From assembly GCA_043228905.1 (NCBI GenBank), contig JBHGNT010000012.1:6634001-6698000 (forward strand): a DNA stretch of 64,000 nt. Direction: 5' to 3'. Within the stretch, counting starts at the first letter, position 1; the number at the start of each line of letters is the position of its first letter. The DNA is from Azolla caroliniana. Lineage: Eukaryota > Plantae > Polypodiophyta. Shown here piece by piece: positions 35,656 to 47,121 of this stretch. The translations under genes were made by a program, and so were the position numbers. The notes below the pieces were generated by a model that worked only from the letters and a program-made list of their open reading frames with translations, had not been told where the DNA came from and ran no database searches.

Positions 35656-38600
35656 CCAAGAGGGAGTTCCACGACTCTATCGTAGACTTGGTGAAGCGGA
35701 AGAGGCTCTCGACGGAGCCGGAACCGGAGAAACCGGTGGAAGTGCGGACCACGCACCTGGAAGATGGAGCCCTGGAAGATGAGTTGGCGGGAAGCCATTA
35801 CACGAAGCTGCATTGGGCCAGGGCGACTACGGAAACCCCTGTACGGATCGGCAACGTTCTGGAATTGGTGGTGGCGTTGGTAGACCATGGATCCAAATTC
35901 AACCTGATGTCCATGGATTTCTACAAGAGGGGTAAATGGCCGATCAACACCAAGCATGGCTGGAAGATACGGGCAACGACGCGCGCCACGGAAGAACTAC
36001 ATGGGGCCTGTCCGAACGTACGGGTGAAAATCGGCGATGTCGAGATCGGCCAACACTTCTTCGTGCAGGAGATGTCCTCGCATCTGGTTATACTGGGAGA
36101 GCCATATATCACGGCGGCACAGATGGAGAACAAGGTGCTGGACAACGGTTCAGCCTATGCAAGAGTCAAGAGCCAGGACGGGCGTCACTCGGTCCAGTTC
36201 CTAACGGTGCGACCAAACCACGAGCGTAACTGCGAGGCCCTTGGCAGCGAAACCTGAGGGGATTTTTAGAGAGGGCTGTCAAGGCGTGGGGCCGTGATAG
36301 TCCGGACACCCGGGAAGAACCCCACAAATGTACAGTACGGAAGAAGACCTGTACCATAGGTAGGAAATTTTGGTTCTCCGATAGCAGAGGTTACACTATG
36401 ACCAGCGTCAGTGGCAGGGAGAGGAAGCGAGCAGAGGAGCGGCTCAGGGGATGCGGAGTCCTCTTCCCCGACGAGGGCATCAGTGGCGCCGTGGAGGCGG
36501 TCTCTTTTGATGACACCTTGGGCGAACTATGAAAGGTGATCGGTGAAGACCTTAGAGAAGACCGGACCGTTCCGGTGGGGTCAATGGGAATGTACGAAGT
36601 CATCGCAGACTTCGGGGAAAGGATCGGGTCGGATCGGGCGGCCTGCGTGGATACGAAATACAAGATTGTGGACTGGAAGTTGAGGCCAGTCGCGGCACCC
36701 TTGCCGGAGGGCAGCGAGGAGCGGATAAAGGGGGTCGCGTCGGACCCGAGTTTGCGAAATCCGGATGGCATAGGGCACCGGTTCACCGACATAACGCTAT
36801 GGGAGCTCAAGGTCGGTGGGGGCGGCTTCCTACTGCCTGTGGAGGAGGACCGGTTTCGGATAATGCTCGGGAGGCACGGGAAGGCTTTCGCATTCTCACC
36901 GGAGGAGATCGGGTGGGTAGACCCGACAGTTGTCGAACCGATGGTGATCTTCACGGTACTGCATGTACCGTGGAATCTCAAGCCGATTCCGGTGCCAAGA
37001 GCTCACATCCCGAAGTTGATGGAGCTCCTAAAGAAAAAGGTGGAGATGGGCATCCTCGAACCATCGAGTGCCTCGTATTCGAATCGGTGGTTTACGGTGC
37101 CAAAGAAGAACGGCACGTTGTGCTTCATCCAGGACCTACAACCGGTCAACAAGGTGACCATCCGTAATGCAGGGATTGGACCGACCATAGACGAGTTCGC
37201 GGAGGCCTTCGCTGGAAGGTCGATCTATTCTGTCGGTGATCTGTACTCGGGGTACGATCAGTTCCAACTAGCTGGGGAGAGCAGAGACATTACGACGATG
37301 CGGACTCCTCTCGGCCTGGTGCGGATGTGTACCCTACCACAAGGAGGGACGAACTCAGTGGCTCACATGGTGAACGCGATGAACAAAGTGCTCAGGGATT
37401 GTATCCCGGACATCACCATGCCGTTCTTAGACGACATCCCGATCAAGGGGTGCCCGGTGGAGAAAAGGGATGAGGCAATCGTGGCGTCCCACATCGATGA
37501 CTGCGAGAAGGTGTTGCAGAGACTAGAGCGCGCGAGGCTCACCTTCTCCGGGGAAAAGTCGGCCTTCGGACAGTCGGAAATCTTGGTGGTCGGACACCTG
37601 TGCGGGCCTTACGGTAGGAAACCGTCTCCGGCAAAGGTAGAGGCCATCTCCGCGATGAGGAACGTTTGCGGGTCGGTCACGGAGGTCCGCAGATTCTTGG
37701 GGGCATGTGCGTTCTACCACATCTGGATCCCGCACTACGCACATGTCGCGGAACCCCTCTACGCGTAGCTTTGAGTGGAGGACGGAGCACACGGAGTCGG
37801 TTCGGAGACTAAAGGAGGCGCTTACGGCAGCGCCGACTCTCTCCGTAAAGCGGTTTACGGCAAGGATGTTCCCATCTGCGTAACGGTGGACACCAGCCCG
37901 ACCGGGATTGGGTGGGTAATCAGTCAGGAGGACAAGGGCGGCGTACGATTCCCGATTTGGTTCGGGGCGAAGGTATTGAGCGAGCGGCAGCGAGGGTACG
38001 CCCAAGTTAAGCGCGAACTTTGGGGTGTCGTTTCGGCGGTCAAGGCCGACAAGGATTATCTGATCGGGACGGAGGTGATTATCGAGACGGACTGCCTGCC
38101 GATACTCGGCATGGTTTCCGGATGCGCGACGCAGGACCTAGCAATGCTCCGGTGGATAACGTACATTAAGTCCTTGAACCCGGAGATACGACACATCTCT
38201 AGAAAGGACAACACCATGGCCGACATGCTTTCGAGGGCAAGGTTCAACGACGAAGACGGCATGGTTTCGGAAGACGAAGAAGTCGGCGAGAACTTCTTCG
38301 GGTCGGCTAACGTAACGACGAGGAAAGGGAACACTCCAGCGCTTAACGAATTTGACGAAAGCAGGTACGACGGGGAGTGGCTCCAAATCGGGAGGTTCCT
38401 ACGGACGATGATGCCGGACGCAGCATGGGCGAGAGAGGAGGCGAGCCGGATATAGAGGAAGGCGTACCGATTCTTCCTGCGGGACGGGTGCATATGGAGG
38501 CACCCAAAGAAGAGAAGTGGCATTCCACTCCGAGTAGTGGCAAAGAAAGAAGAACAGGGGAAATTACTGACGGCATTTCACGAGAGCCCCTGGGCCGGAC

Positions 38601-39711
38601 ACCGCGGAACGTGGGCGACTTTCGAGAAGCTGAAGGAGAAGTACTGGTGGCCGGGGTTGTACCAGGACGTGCATCGGTTCGTAACGACTTGCGAGAGTTG
38701 TCAGATGCACTCCATAGTCCGACACTGGGACGAGTTACACCCGACCTACCCGCCTACGGTTCATTTCAAGTGGATGGTGGACTTGGTGACGATGCCGATG
38801 GGGGTAGGACAGATGCAATACCTGGTGCTTGCATGGGAAGACTTAACGAACTAGGCGGAAGGACGTGCATTGCAAAGCAAGACAACCGCGGCGGTATGCC
38901 GGTTCCTGATCGAAGAGGTGGTGTGTCGGTCCGGGTGCGTCGGGAGGATCGTGGTGGACCGGGGAGAGCTGGATGCACGGGAGGCTGAGGAGCTGTTCAA
39001 CTGGCTAGGCGTCAAACTCTCCCTCACCACGGCGTACAATCCGGAGGCGATCGGAAAGGTGGAACATGGGCACGGACCGATTGTAAAGGCGTTGGTGCGT
39101 GCATGCGGTGGGCAGGTCGGGAATTGGCCGCGACTCCTTACGCGCTATGGGCGGACCGGACTACGCACAGTTCGGTGACACGGTTCATGCCGGCGGAGCT
39201 AATGTACGGACAAAAGCCGATCATGCCGGTGGAACGGACGGTTTCTTCGTGGGCGGCGGTAGATTGGAAGGACGAAATGAGCCGGGAAGAGTTGCTGGCG
39301 GCGCGGATTCGGCAACTCGAGCAGAGGCCGGAGGATGTGATACAAGCGAAGGAAAAGCTACGAGTGGCGAGGGAGCGGAACAAGACCCGGTTCAACCGGA
39401 CGCACCGGTTGCGACCAAAGAAGATCGAGGAAGGCGACTGGGTCTTGGTATACGACAGCAACCTCGACAATCGGCACAAGGCAGTGCGAAAATTTGCTAG
39501 GAGATGGTTCGGGCCCTACATGGTGACGAGCGCGAACGGCAATGACACGTACCACCTCGCGGAGCTCGACGGGACACGGTTAGCGGTGCTGGTGGCCGGA
39601 AAGCGGATCAAAGCTTTCAAAAAGCGGTTCAAAGATGAGTCAGAGCCTGCGAGTGGGAGCGACAACAACGACCAGTTTGGGTCCGGCGGAGAACCGGAGA
39701 GCAAGGAGTGA
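35656..39711 (+). pseudogene. pol: Protease, then RT-RH-IN of second Trp-primed Gypsy
   Basis: LVDHGSKFN, PFLDD, VDTSPTGIG, WFGPY; many stops. Confidence 0.92.
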
Positions 39712-39789
39712 GGCCGGGTTTCTTCGATATCTACCCGTCTTTGGCGCATACCGGTGGATGCGCGGTTTTCTCTTTCCTTCTCCCTTTTG

Positions 39790-40549
39790 CCATGGAAAGG
39801 GTTGTTGAATACATGCTTAAGGTTCAAAAAAGTCCCTCACATCGACTTCCTAGAATTGCGTGGGAAGCAAGCAAAAAGATCCAAAAGACGCATAAAAGCA
39901 AAATTTTGTGTTCCGGTTGGATGCAAGATATAGAAAAATGGTTTGGTAGATGGGATGCGAGACACTTGCTTCATGATGCATCATTAGATTCCTCTGTAAA
40001 TGAGGCATTTTTACAACGCCAATGTATCATGACATGGGACAAATGTGGAGGCTCACGCTTCACACATTATACTACACATGGTGCACCTAACTACAAAACC
40101 ATATTCTTCGCGGAACGGGGAAATCGTACACATCCATACATGTTAGAGCCCATACCGTTATCTTCCATTCGAACCATTGCTTCCATGCGACTTAGCTCAC
40201 ATGCATTGCGATGTGAAACAGGGCGTTGGGGTACAAGTGATGAGAGTGGTCGGCTATGCGCACTTTGCCCTAAACAAGTTCGCGAGTCTGAGTATCACAC
40301 TTTGATACAATGCTCTGCCTTTGATCATATTCGACCATGCTTTACACATCTCTTCGATCGAGCCCAATCTTTGCATGAATTCCTCTCACAACCACAATGT
40401 GCACTCTCGATTGCAACATTCATTGGTAAAGTTCTTGAACATCGAGAGTCACTACTCACTTTCACACATATCACGTGAAATGTAATATTTTTGGTCTCAT
40501 AGGTCATATTTGACCTCCGAAGACGATAATATAATCTATCTATCTATCT
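39790..40549 (+). mobile_element. 5'-truncated non-LTR retrotransposon (LINE) 3' end
   Basis: RLSSHALRCETGRW...RLCALC..ESEYHTLIQC C-terminal Zn finger; short 3' UTR; (ATCT)n tail 40534-40549. Confidence 0.82.
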
Positions 40550-43389
40550 CTCGCTCCTTGGTTCAAGGCCCTCGTGGTTCCGCCTCTTTCTACACGCACA
40601 CACGTAACAACGCGACACCGTGTTCCATGCTCGGACAAAGCACATAGAAGTCTGTGAAAATGAAGGTGCGAAAGCGTTAGACAACCGGCTTAGCCGGATA
40701 GCAACACAGAGAGAGAGATTAACACATAGAAGGTACGCAGGAGAGACAGAGAAAGAGTTGAACACTTAAATCTGTTATCAACCACTCTGTAAAATTCTCT
40801 TTACATACAACGTGCTCAACAACACTATTTATACAAGTCCTAAGAGGACTGATAGAAGTACGGTGTACTTCAATGCTCACACGAGCGTCTGACACAAACT
40901 ATGAGACATTAACTACCTAGTAGTTTAGGTTGCTACTAGGCTTCCGATTACTGCTGGATCCGACTAACCGGCTCCCCAGCTCACCGACTCACTTGCTCAC
41001 CGGCTCACCGATCCACCTCAGGCTTATTCAGCTGATCCGGATCCGGTTGAGCTTGCCATTCAACAGTTCCTCTACAACTCAACTTGAGGTCGAAGCGTAG
41101 TGTCAGTCTCCATGGCAGCTGGTCCTTCCATCCGGCTCCTTCTGGCGTCACTCTGCCTTACTCGCACTCCTCGTCCGGTTCGGTCCTGTTTGCCGCGACC
41201 CTTTTGATTCTGCGCAGCTCGACCTCCTCGGTCAGCTTGTCTGCTATACAGGCCCAATTCAGCTCCCTCACTGCTGTGATTTTGGCACTTGCCGATTCAC
41301 CGATTCCCTCGTGTCGGTGTCGACTTTCGCTGCCTTCTCGTCCTCTTGGCCTTGAATTGATCCGATTCTTCCGAATCCATCGGTTGAACTGAATCATCTA
41401 TCTCCGATTCGTTCCAGCTCTTGTCCGAATAGGTCGCTCCCGATTCGTCTTCCGATTCCAGGCCCTTCACTACATAGGACCATGTCCGGGTCTTGGCCTT
41501 CTTCTTCCGGTCGGCTTTGTCCTTCTTGATTCTGCCGTCATTGCCGCTTGTTTCGACTTGTTCGGATGTTTCAACTTCCTTTGTCAACTCGGCTCATTCC
41601 TTCGTCTTGTCTCTCCCTTTGTCGGTTCTTCCCTCACCGGCGCAATCGACAACTTCTTTGCCTTTCCCCATTCTCCCCTTGAGGTGTGGCACGTCGAGAT
41701 GTTGAACACCAAGCATCTCGGTGAAGTGCTGCAACTTGTCCGACCCGAGCAGTTTGGTGAAGATGTCGGCAACTTGCCGATCCGTATGAACATACCGAAG
41801 TTCGACTTCACCGCTCAGGATATGCTCATGCATGAAGTGGTAGTGCACTTCTATGTTCTTTGTGTGAGCATGGAATACGGGGTTCTTGGTGAGCTGCATG
41901 CTGCTTATGTTGTGGCAGTAGATCAGGATCGGGGTCGGCACCTCGATCCATAGGTCTTGTAGCAGTTCACGAAGCCAAATGGCCTCACAGGTGGCAACGA
42001 TAGCGCCTTGGTATTTAACCTCAATGCTCGAAAGGGCCACCGTTGGCTGCTTTTTGCTACTCCATGCAACAACCGCACTACCAAGGGAAAACATATAGCC
42101 GGAGGTGGATCGGGGATCCGATGCATTGCCGGCCTAGTCGACATCGGTGTAGCCGGACTAACTCTTCGGTTGTACGATGTCGGTATAACAGTCCCCGGTC
42201 CTTCGTGCCGCCCACATATCGCAAAATTCGATGCACGCACTGAAGGTGTTCCACGGTCGGCTTCTGCATGAATCGGCTGATCACTCCGACCAGATAACTG
42301 ATGTCGGGTCGGGTTATTGTCAAATATATAAGGCTTCCGACGATTTGTCGGAACCACTTCTCATCGCAGGTTGGTCCGGAGTCGGGACAAAGCTTCTGGT
42401 TCCGGTCTAGGGCGTGGAGATTGGTTGGCATTTTGTCATGCCGAACTTGTACAACATATTCAACACATAGTGTCTTTGTGAGAGCAATATGCCGTCGGGG
42501 GTTCGGATCACCTCCATCCCAAGGAATAGTGAAGGTCCCCCAGGTCCTTCATCTCAAATGCGTCCAATAGCTAGGACTTGACTCGGCTGATTTCATCGAG
42601 TCTGGGTCCGGTGATGACTAGATCATCAACATACAGCAAGATGCAAACCTGACCGTCCAGACCTTGCCGGATGAACAACGAAGAGTCGGACTTGGAGGCC
42701 GCAAACCTCATCTTACGCAACCGGTGCGTGATCTTCGCATTCCAAGCTCGGGGGGCTTCCTTCAGGCCATAATGTGACTTCTTCAGCTGGCATACCGACG
42801 ACTTGTTCATCTCCGACTGGAAACTGGGGGTTGGGTCATAAAGACGTCTTCTTCAAGAATGCCTTGAAGAAATGCATCTGGAGTGAACCGCCAACATCAC
42901 ACGAACCGCCAACACCACACGAACCGTCGTCATCTTCGCTACTGGAGTGAAGGTCTCGTTGTAGTCGATTCCGTGGGTCTGCGCGTATCCCTTCGCGACT
43001 AACCGTCAATATTGTAGTTTACCTTGTACACCCACTTACATCCGATTGGTTTATGTTGAGATACAAGCTCAACATTGGCCGGATCGGATGTGCAAGCCGA
43101 GAACCGGATCGGTTGGGATCAATCGGTTAGGCCGGACCAGTGCGTAAATAGGTGCGTAAACCGGTGCGCAGACTAGTATGCAACGAGAAGCCGTAGCGGT
43201 GCGTAAACCGCGAGGCCGTTGGAAAGATATTCCGCATAGGAATATATTTTTAGGAGTTAGTGTAGAGCTCAGTTATGAGCATTGAAGTACGTGTCAGTAC
43301 TTCTGTCAGTCTGTATGGACTTGTATAAAAGTGCTCACTGAGCACATTCTATGTAGAGATTGAGTATTATTTTGAATTGAGTTTCTGTG

Positions 43390-43427
<38 letters not shown>

Positions 43428-46400
43428 CTCTGTCTCTCCCGCGTACTGTGTATATTCAAGCTCTTCATTAAACTTGCGTATTTTCTGTATTCGGTTTTCT
43501 ACTTGCTTCCACACGTTATTCTTTACATGGTATCAGAGCGCGAGGGTTGAGAACCTTTGCAGCTGACAAAGCTTGGAAAACCAATCAAGAAGAACAAGTA
43601 AAACCAATCAAGAAGAACAAGTAAAACCAATGGATAGAGGCATGGCTAGCTCACTTCCGATAGAGAAGCTCGATAGAAACAACTACGCGTCTTGGTCCTA
43701 CAAGATGCACCAGTACCTGCTCGGGCACGGCTACTGGAGCTATGTCGATGGAGCAAATGACACAACACCCGAATCGACACACAGAGATTTCCCGGCATGG
43801 GAACAGTTGGCGAGTAGAGTACTATACTGCTTTGCATCTTGTGTGGACGAACAGATTCTAAGCTACATTCGGGATGCAAAAACGCCGAAAGATGCTTGGG
43901 GAAATCTGTAAAAGATTTTCGCCACAAGCACTATAGCCAGGAAGCTTCAACTCCGACAGGAGCTGAGCAACCTACGACAACGAGACTTGTCAGTGGCTGA
44001 TTACACTTCGAAGATCAAAGAGATATGCGATTCCTTAGCCTCTATCGATGTGAACGTCGAGGAAAGTGAGATGGTGCAGATTTGTCTCGGGGGACTAGCG
44101 TCAAAGTTTGGAGCATTCCGAACTGTAAACGATTACTTGCGGAAGCGTTAGAAAATAGAGAAGGTAGGGAATATATAGAGTACACGGGAGAGACAGAGAG
44201 AGCAGAACTTCAAGTCTATATTCAAAAACGATAAAAACACTCTGTACATACAACTATGCTCAGTAGCATTATTTATACAAGTCCTCGTGGGACTGACAGA
44301 AGTACCGCGTACTTCAATGCTCACACGAGCATCTGACACTTACTACGAGACTATAATTGCCTAGTAGTCTACACTAGTACTAGGCTTCCGGTTACTAATT
44401 GGATCCGGCAAACCGGCTCCCCAGCTCATCGGCTTTGTTGCTTGCCGGCTCGGTTGCTCACAGCTTACCGATCCGTCTCGCTTGCCGACTCAGGCTTATT
44501 CAGCCGATCCGGCTCCAGTTGAGCTTGCCGCTCAACACTCCCCCGCAAGCTCAACTTGAGGTTGGATCTTAGTGTCTGTCGGTTCTTCCAACTGACTTCT
44601 CCTAGCGTCGCTTTGCCTTGTTCGCGCTCCTCGTCCGGTCCGGTCCTGTTTGCCATGACCCTTCTGGTTCTGCGCGCCTCAACCTTCTTGGTCGGCATGT
44701 CTGCTCAATAGGCCCCTCTCAGCTCCTTTGCTGCTATGACTCCGGCGCTTGCCGATCCGTCGGTTCCTCCGCGATTGCATCGACTTTCGTTGCATCCGTG
44801 TCTGCTTGGCCATGAATTGATCCGGTTCTTCCGAATTTGTCTTTTGAACCGAATCGATTGTCTTCGATTCGTTCCAGCTCTTGTCCGAATCGGTTGCTCC
44901 CGATTCGTCTTCTGGTTCCAAGCCCTTCACCACATCAGACCATGTCCGGGTCTTGGCCTTCTTCCTTTAGTCGGCTCTGTCCTTCTTGACTCTGCCGCCT
45001 TCTTTTCTTCCCTCACCGGCGCAATCTCTTTGCCTTTGCCCGTTCCGGTGTCTTTGCTTGTTCTCCCCCTCAAGTGTGGCACGTCGAGATGCCGAACGCC
45101 AAGCATTTCGGTGAAGTGCTGCAACTTGTCCGATCCGAGTGGCTTGGTGAAGATGTCGGCTACTTGCTGATCCGTGTGAACATACCGTCGTTCAACTTCA
45201 CCGCTCACGACCCGATCACGCACAAAGTGATAATGCACTTCTATATGCTTTGTGCGAGCATGGAACACAAGGTTCTTGGTGAGTTGCATGCTACTTATGT
45301 TGTCGCAGTAGACCAGAATCGGGGTCGGTACCTCGATCCGTAAGTCTTGCAGCCGTCGCCGAAGCCAGATGGCTTCACAGGTGGCAATGGTAGCGCCCCG
45401 ATACTCAGCCTCAGTGTTTGACAGAGCAACTGTTGGCTGCTTTTTGCTGCTCCATGCAACAACCACGCTACCTAGGGAAAACATGTAACCGGAGGTTGAT
45501 CGGCGATCTGATGCATCACCGGCCCAGTCGGCATTTGTGTAACCGACCAGCTCTTTGGGTATACCGTGCCGGTATAACAGACCCCAGTCCTTTACATATC
45601 GCAGTATCCACTGCGCACACTGAAGGTGCTCCACGGTCGGCTTCTGCATGAATTGACTTATCATTCCGAGCGGATAACTGATGTCGGGTCGTGTGATAGT
45701 CAAGTAAATAAGGCTTTCGACGATTTGTCGGAACCGTTTCTCATTGCAGTCCGGTCCGGAGTTGGGACGAAGCTTCTAGTTCCGGTCCAAGGGTGTGGAG
45801 ACAGGTCGACATTCTGTCATGCTGAACTTGTACAACATATTCAAGACGTAATGTCGTTGTGAGAGTAATATGCCGTCGGGGGTTCGGATCACCTCGATCC
45901 CTAGAAAACAATGAAGTTCCCCCTGGTCCTTCATCTCAAATGCATCCGACAACAGGGACTTGACGCGGGTGATTTCTGGAACACCCGGTCCGGTGATGCC
46001 TAGATCATCAACATACAGCAGGATACATACCGGACTAGCTGAGCCTTGCCGGATGAACAATGAAGAGTCCGACTTGGAGGCCACAAACCCCATCTTACGC
46101 AACCGGTGCGTGATCTTCGCATTCCAAGCTCGAGGGGCTTGCTTCAGGCCGTACAACGACTTCTTCAGCCGGCATACCGCCGACTTGTTCATCTCCGATT
46201 CAAAGCCGGGGGACTGAGTCATAAAGAATTCTTCTTCAAGATCACCCTGAAGAAACAGATTCTTCACATCCATCTGGTGAAAATTCGGCTTACATCCGAA
46301 ATACAACTCGTGAGCTGACACCTTGTCACCGATCCGGTTCTGGATGTAGACAGCTGTTCGGACTGCCTCTGCCCAATAGAATTTGGGAATGCTCTTCTCC

Positions 46401-46603
46401 TCCAGCATTTCCCTTGCCGCATCAATAAGTGACCGGTTCTTCCTTTCGGCAACAACGTTCTGTTGCGGTGTGTATCTGCAGCTGAACTCTCGCCAAATTC
46501 CCTTTTGCTACAGATAACTGTTGAATTGGCCGGAAAAGTACTCTTTTCCGCCATCCGACCGCAGGCATTTGATCTTCCTCTCCGATTCCCGTTGTCATGA
46601 TAT

Positions 46604-46659
46604 GGCAAGACTCGAACCCATGACCTTAGGTTATATGGGTCGAGCTCTTGACCATTATA
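46604..46659 (-). promoter_or_regulatory. tRNA-like A/B-box cassette at U3 end (also ~51835-51890)
   Basis: - strand: TATAATGGTCAAGAGC...AAGGTCATGGGTTCGAGTCTTGCC. Confidence 0.6.
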
Positions 46660-46901
46660 TCATCTATTGTAATACATAAGATATTATTTTCATTTACATT
46701 TTGTTATAGGAAATCAATGTATATTCCAGATTTCTCTGGAACATTCTAGAAGCTTCAGGATTACTCCTGAGAACACTATAAAAGAGGGCACTAGGCATTA
46801 TGTTGAACCAAATTGGTTCAACGCCAGTCTTTAGCCTCATAGCCCTTTTGTACTTACTCTTCTTATAATATATAATATGTTATCATCATCTCTCGTCCTC
46901 G

Positions 46902-46939
<38 letters not shown>

Positions 46940-47121
46940 TTCTCTTCCTCTCTTGGGAGTCTTACGCAGTCCCGTCCCCTTAGTTCTAATAGTACTTCCC
47001 TTCTCTCTCTGTTTAGTACTAATCCTATCTCTATTTAGTACTATTCCTGACAGTTTGAACCAATTTCCTTCTGTCTCTCTCCCTTCATACTAATCTCTTA
47101 TTTCTCTTTTCTTTTCATCCC

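Larger units (their letters stand above)
26395..40617 (+). mobile_element. Second Trp-primed Gypsy (GC-rich relative of the 13340 element); 3' LTR mostly lost
   Basis: 5' LTR 26395-26982; PBS 26987-27004; gag 27028-28544 continuing at 35656; pol to 39711; LTR-like remnants ~39769-39788 and 40548-40617. TSD not confirmed. Confidence 0.88.

Noticed and set aside
39708-40478. 256-aa accessory ORF of the Gypsy element
   Set aside because: Chimeric: the first ~27 codons are Gypsy 3' UTR and LTR scrap, the rest is a LINE C-terminus.
44119-44123. Shared TSD CGAAC at two insertions (also 12580) as a target preference
   Set aside because: Different superfamilies and only two cases; the other TSDs are unrelated.
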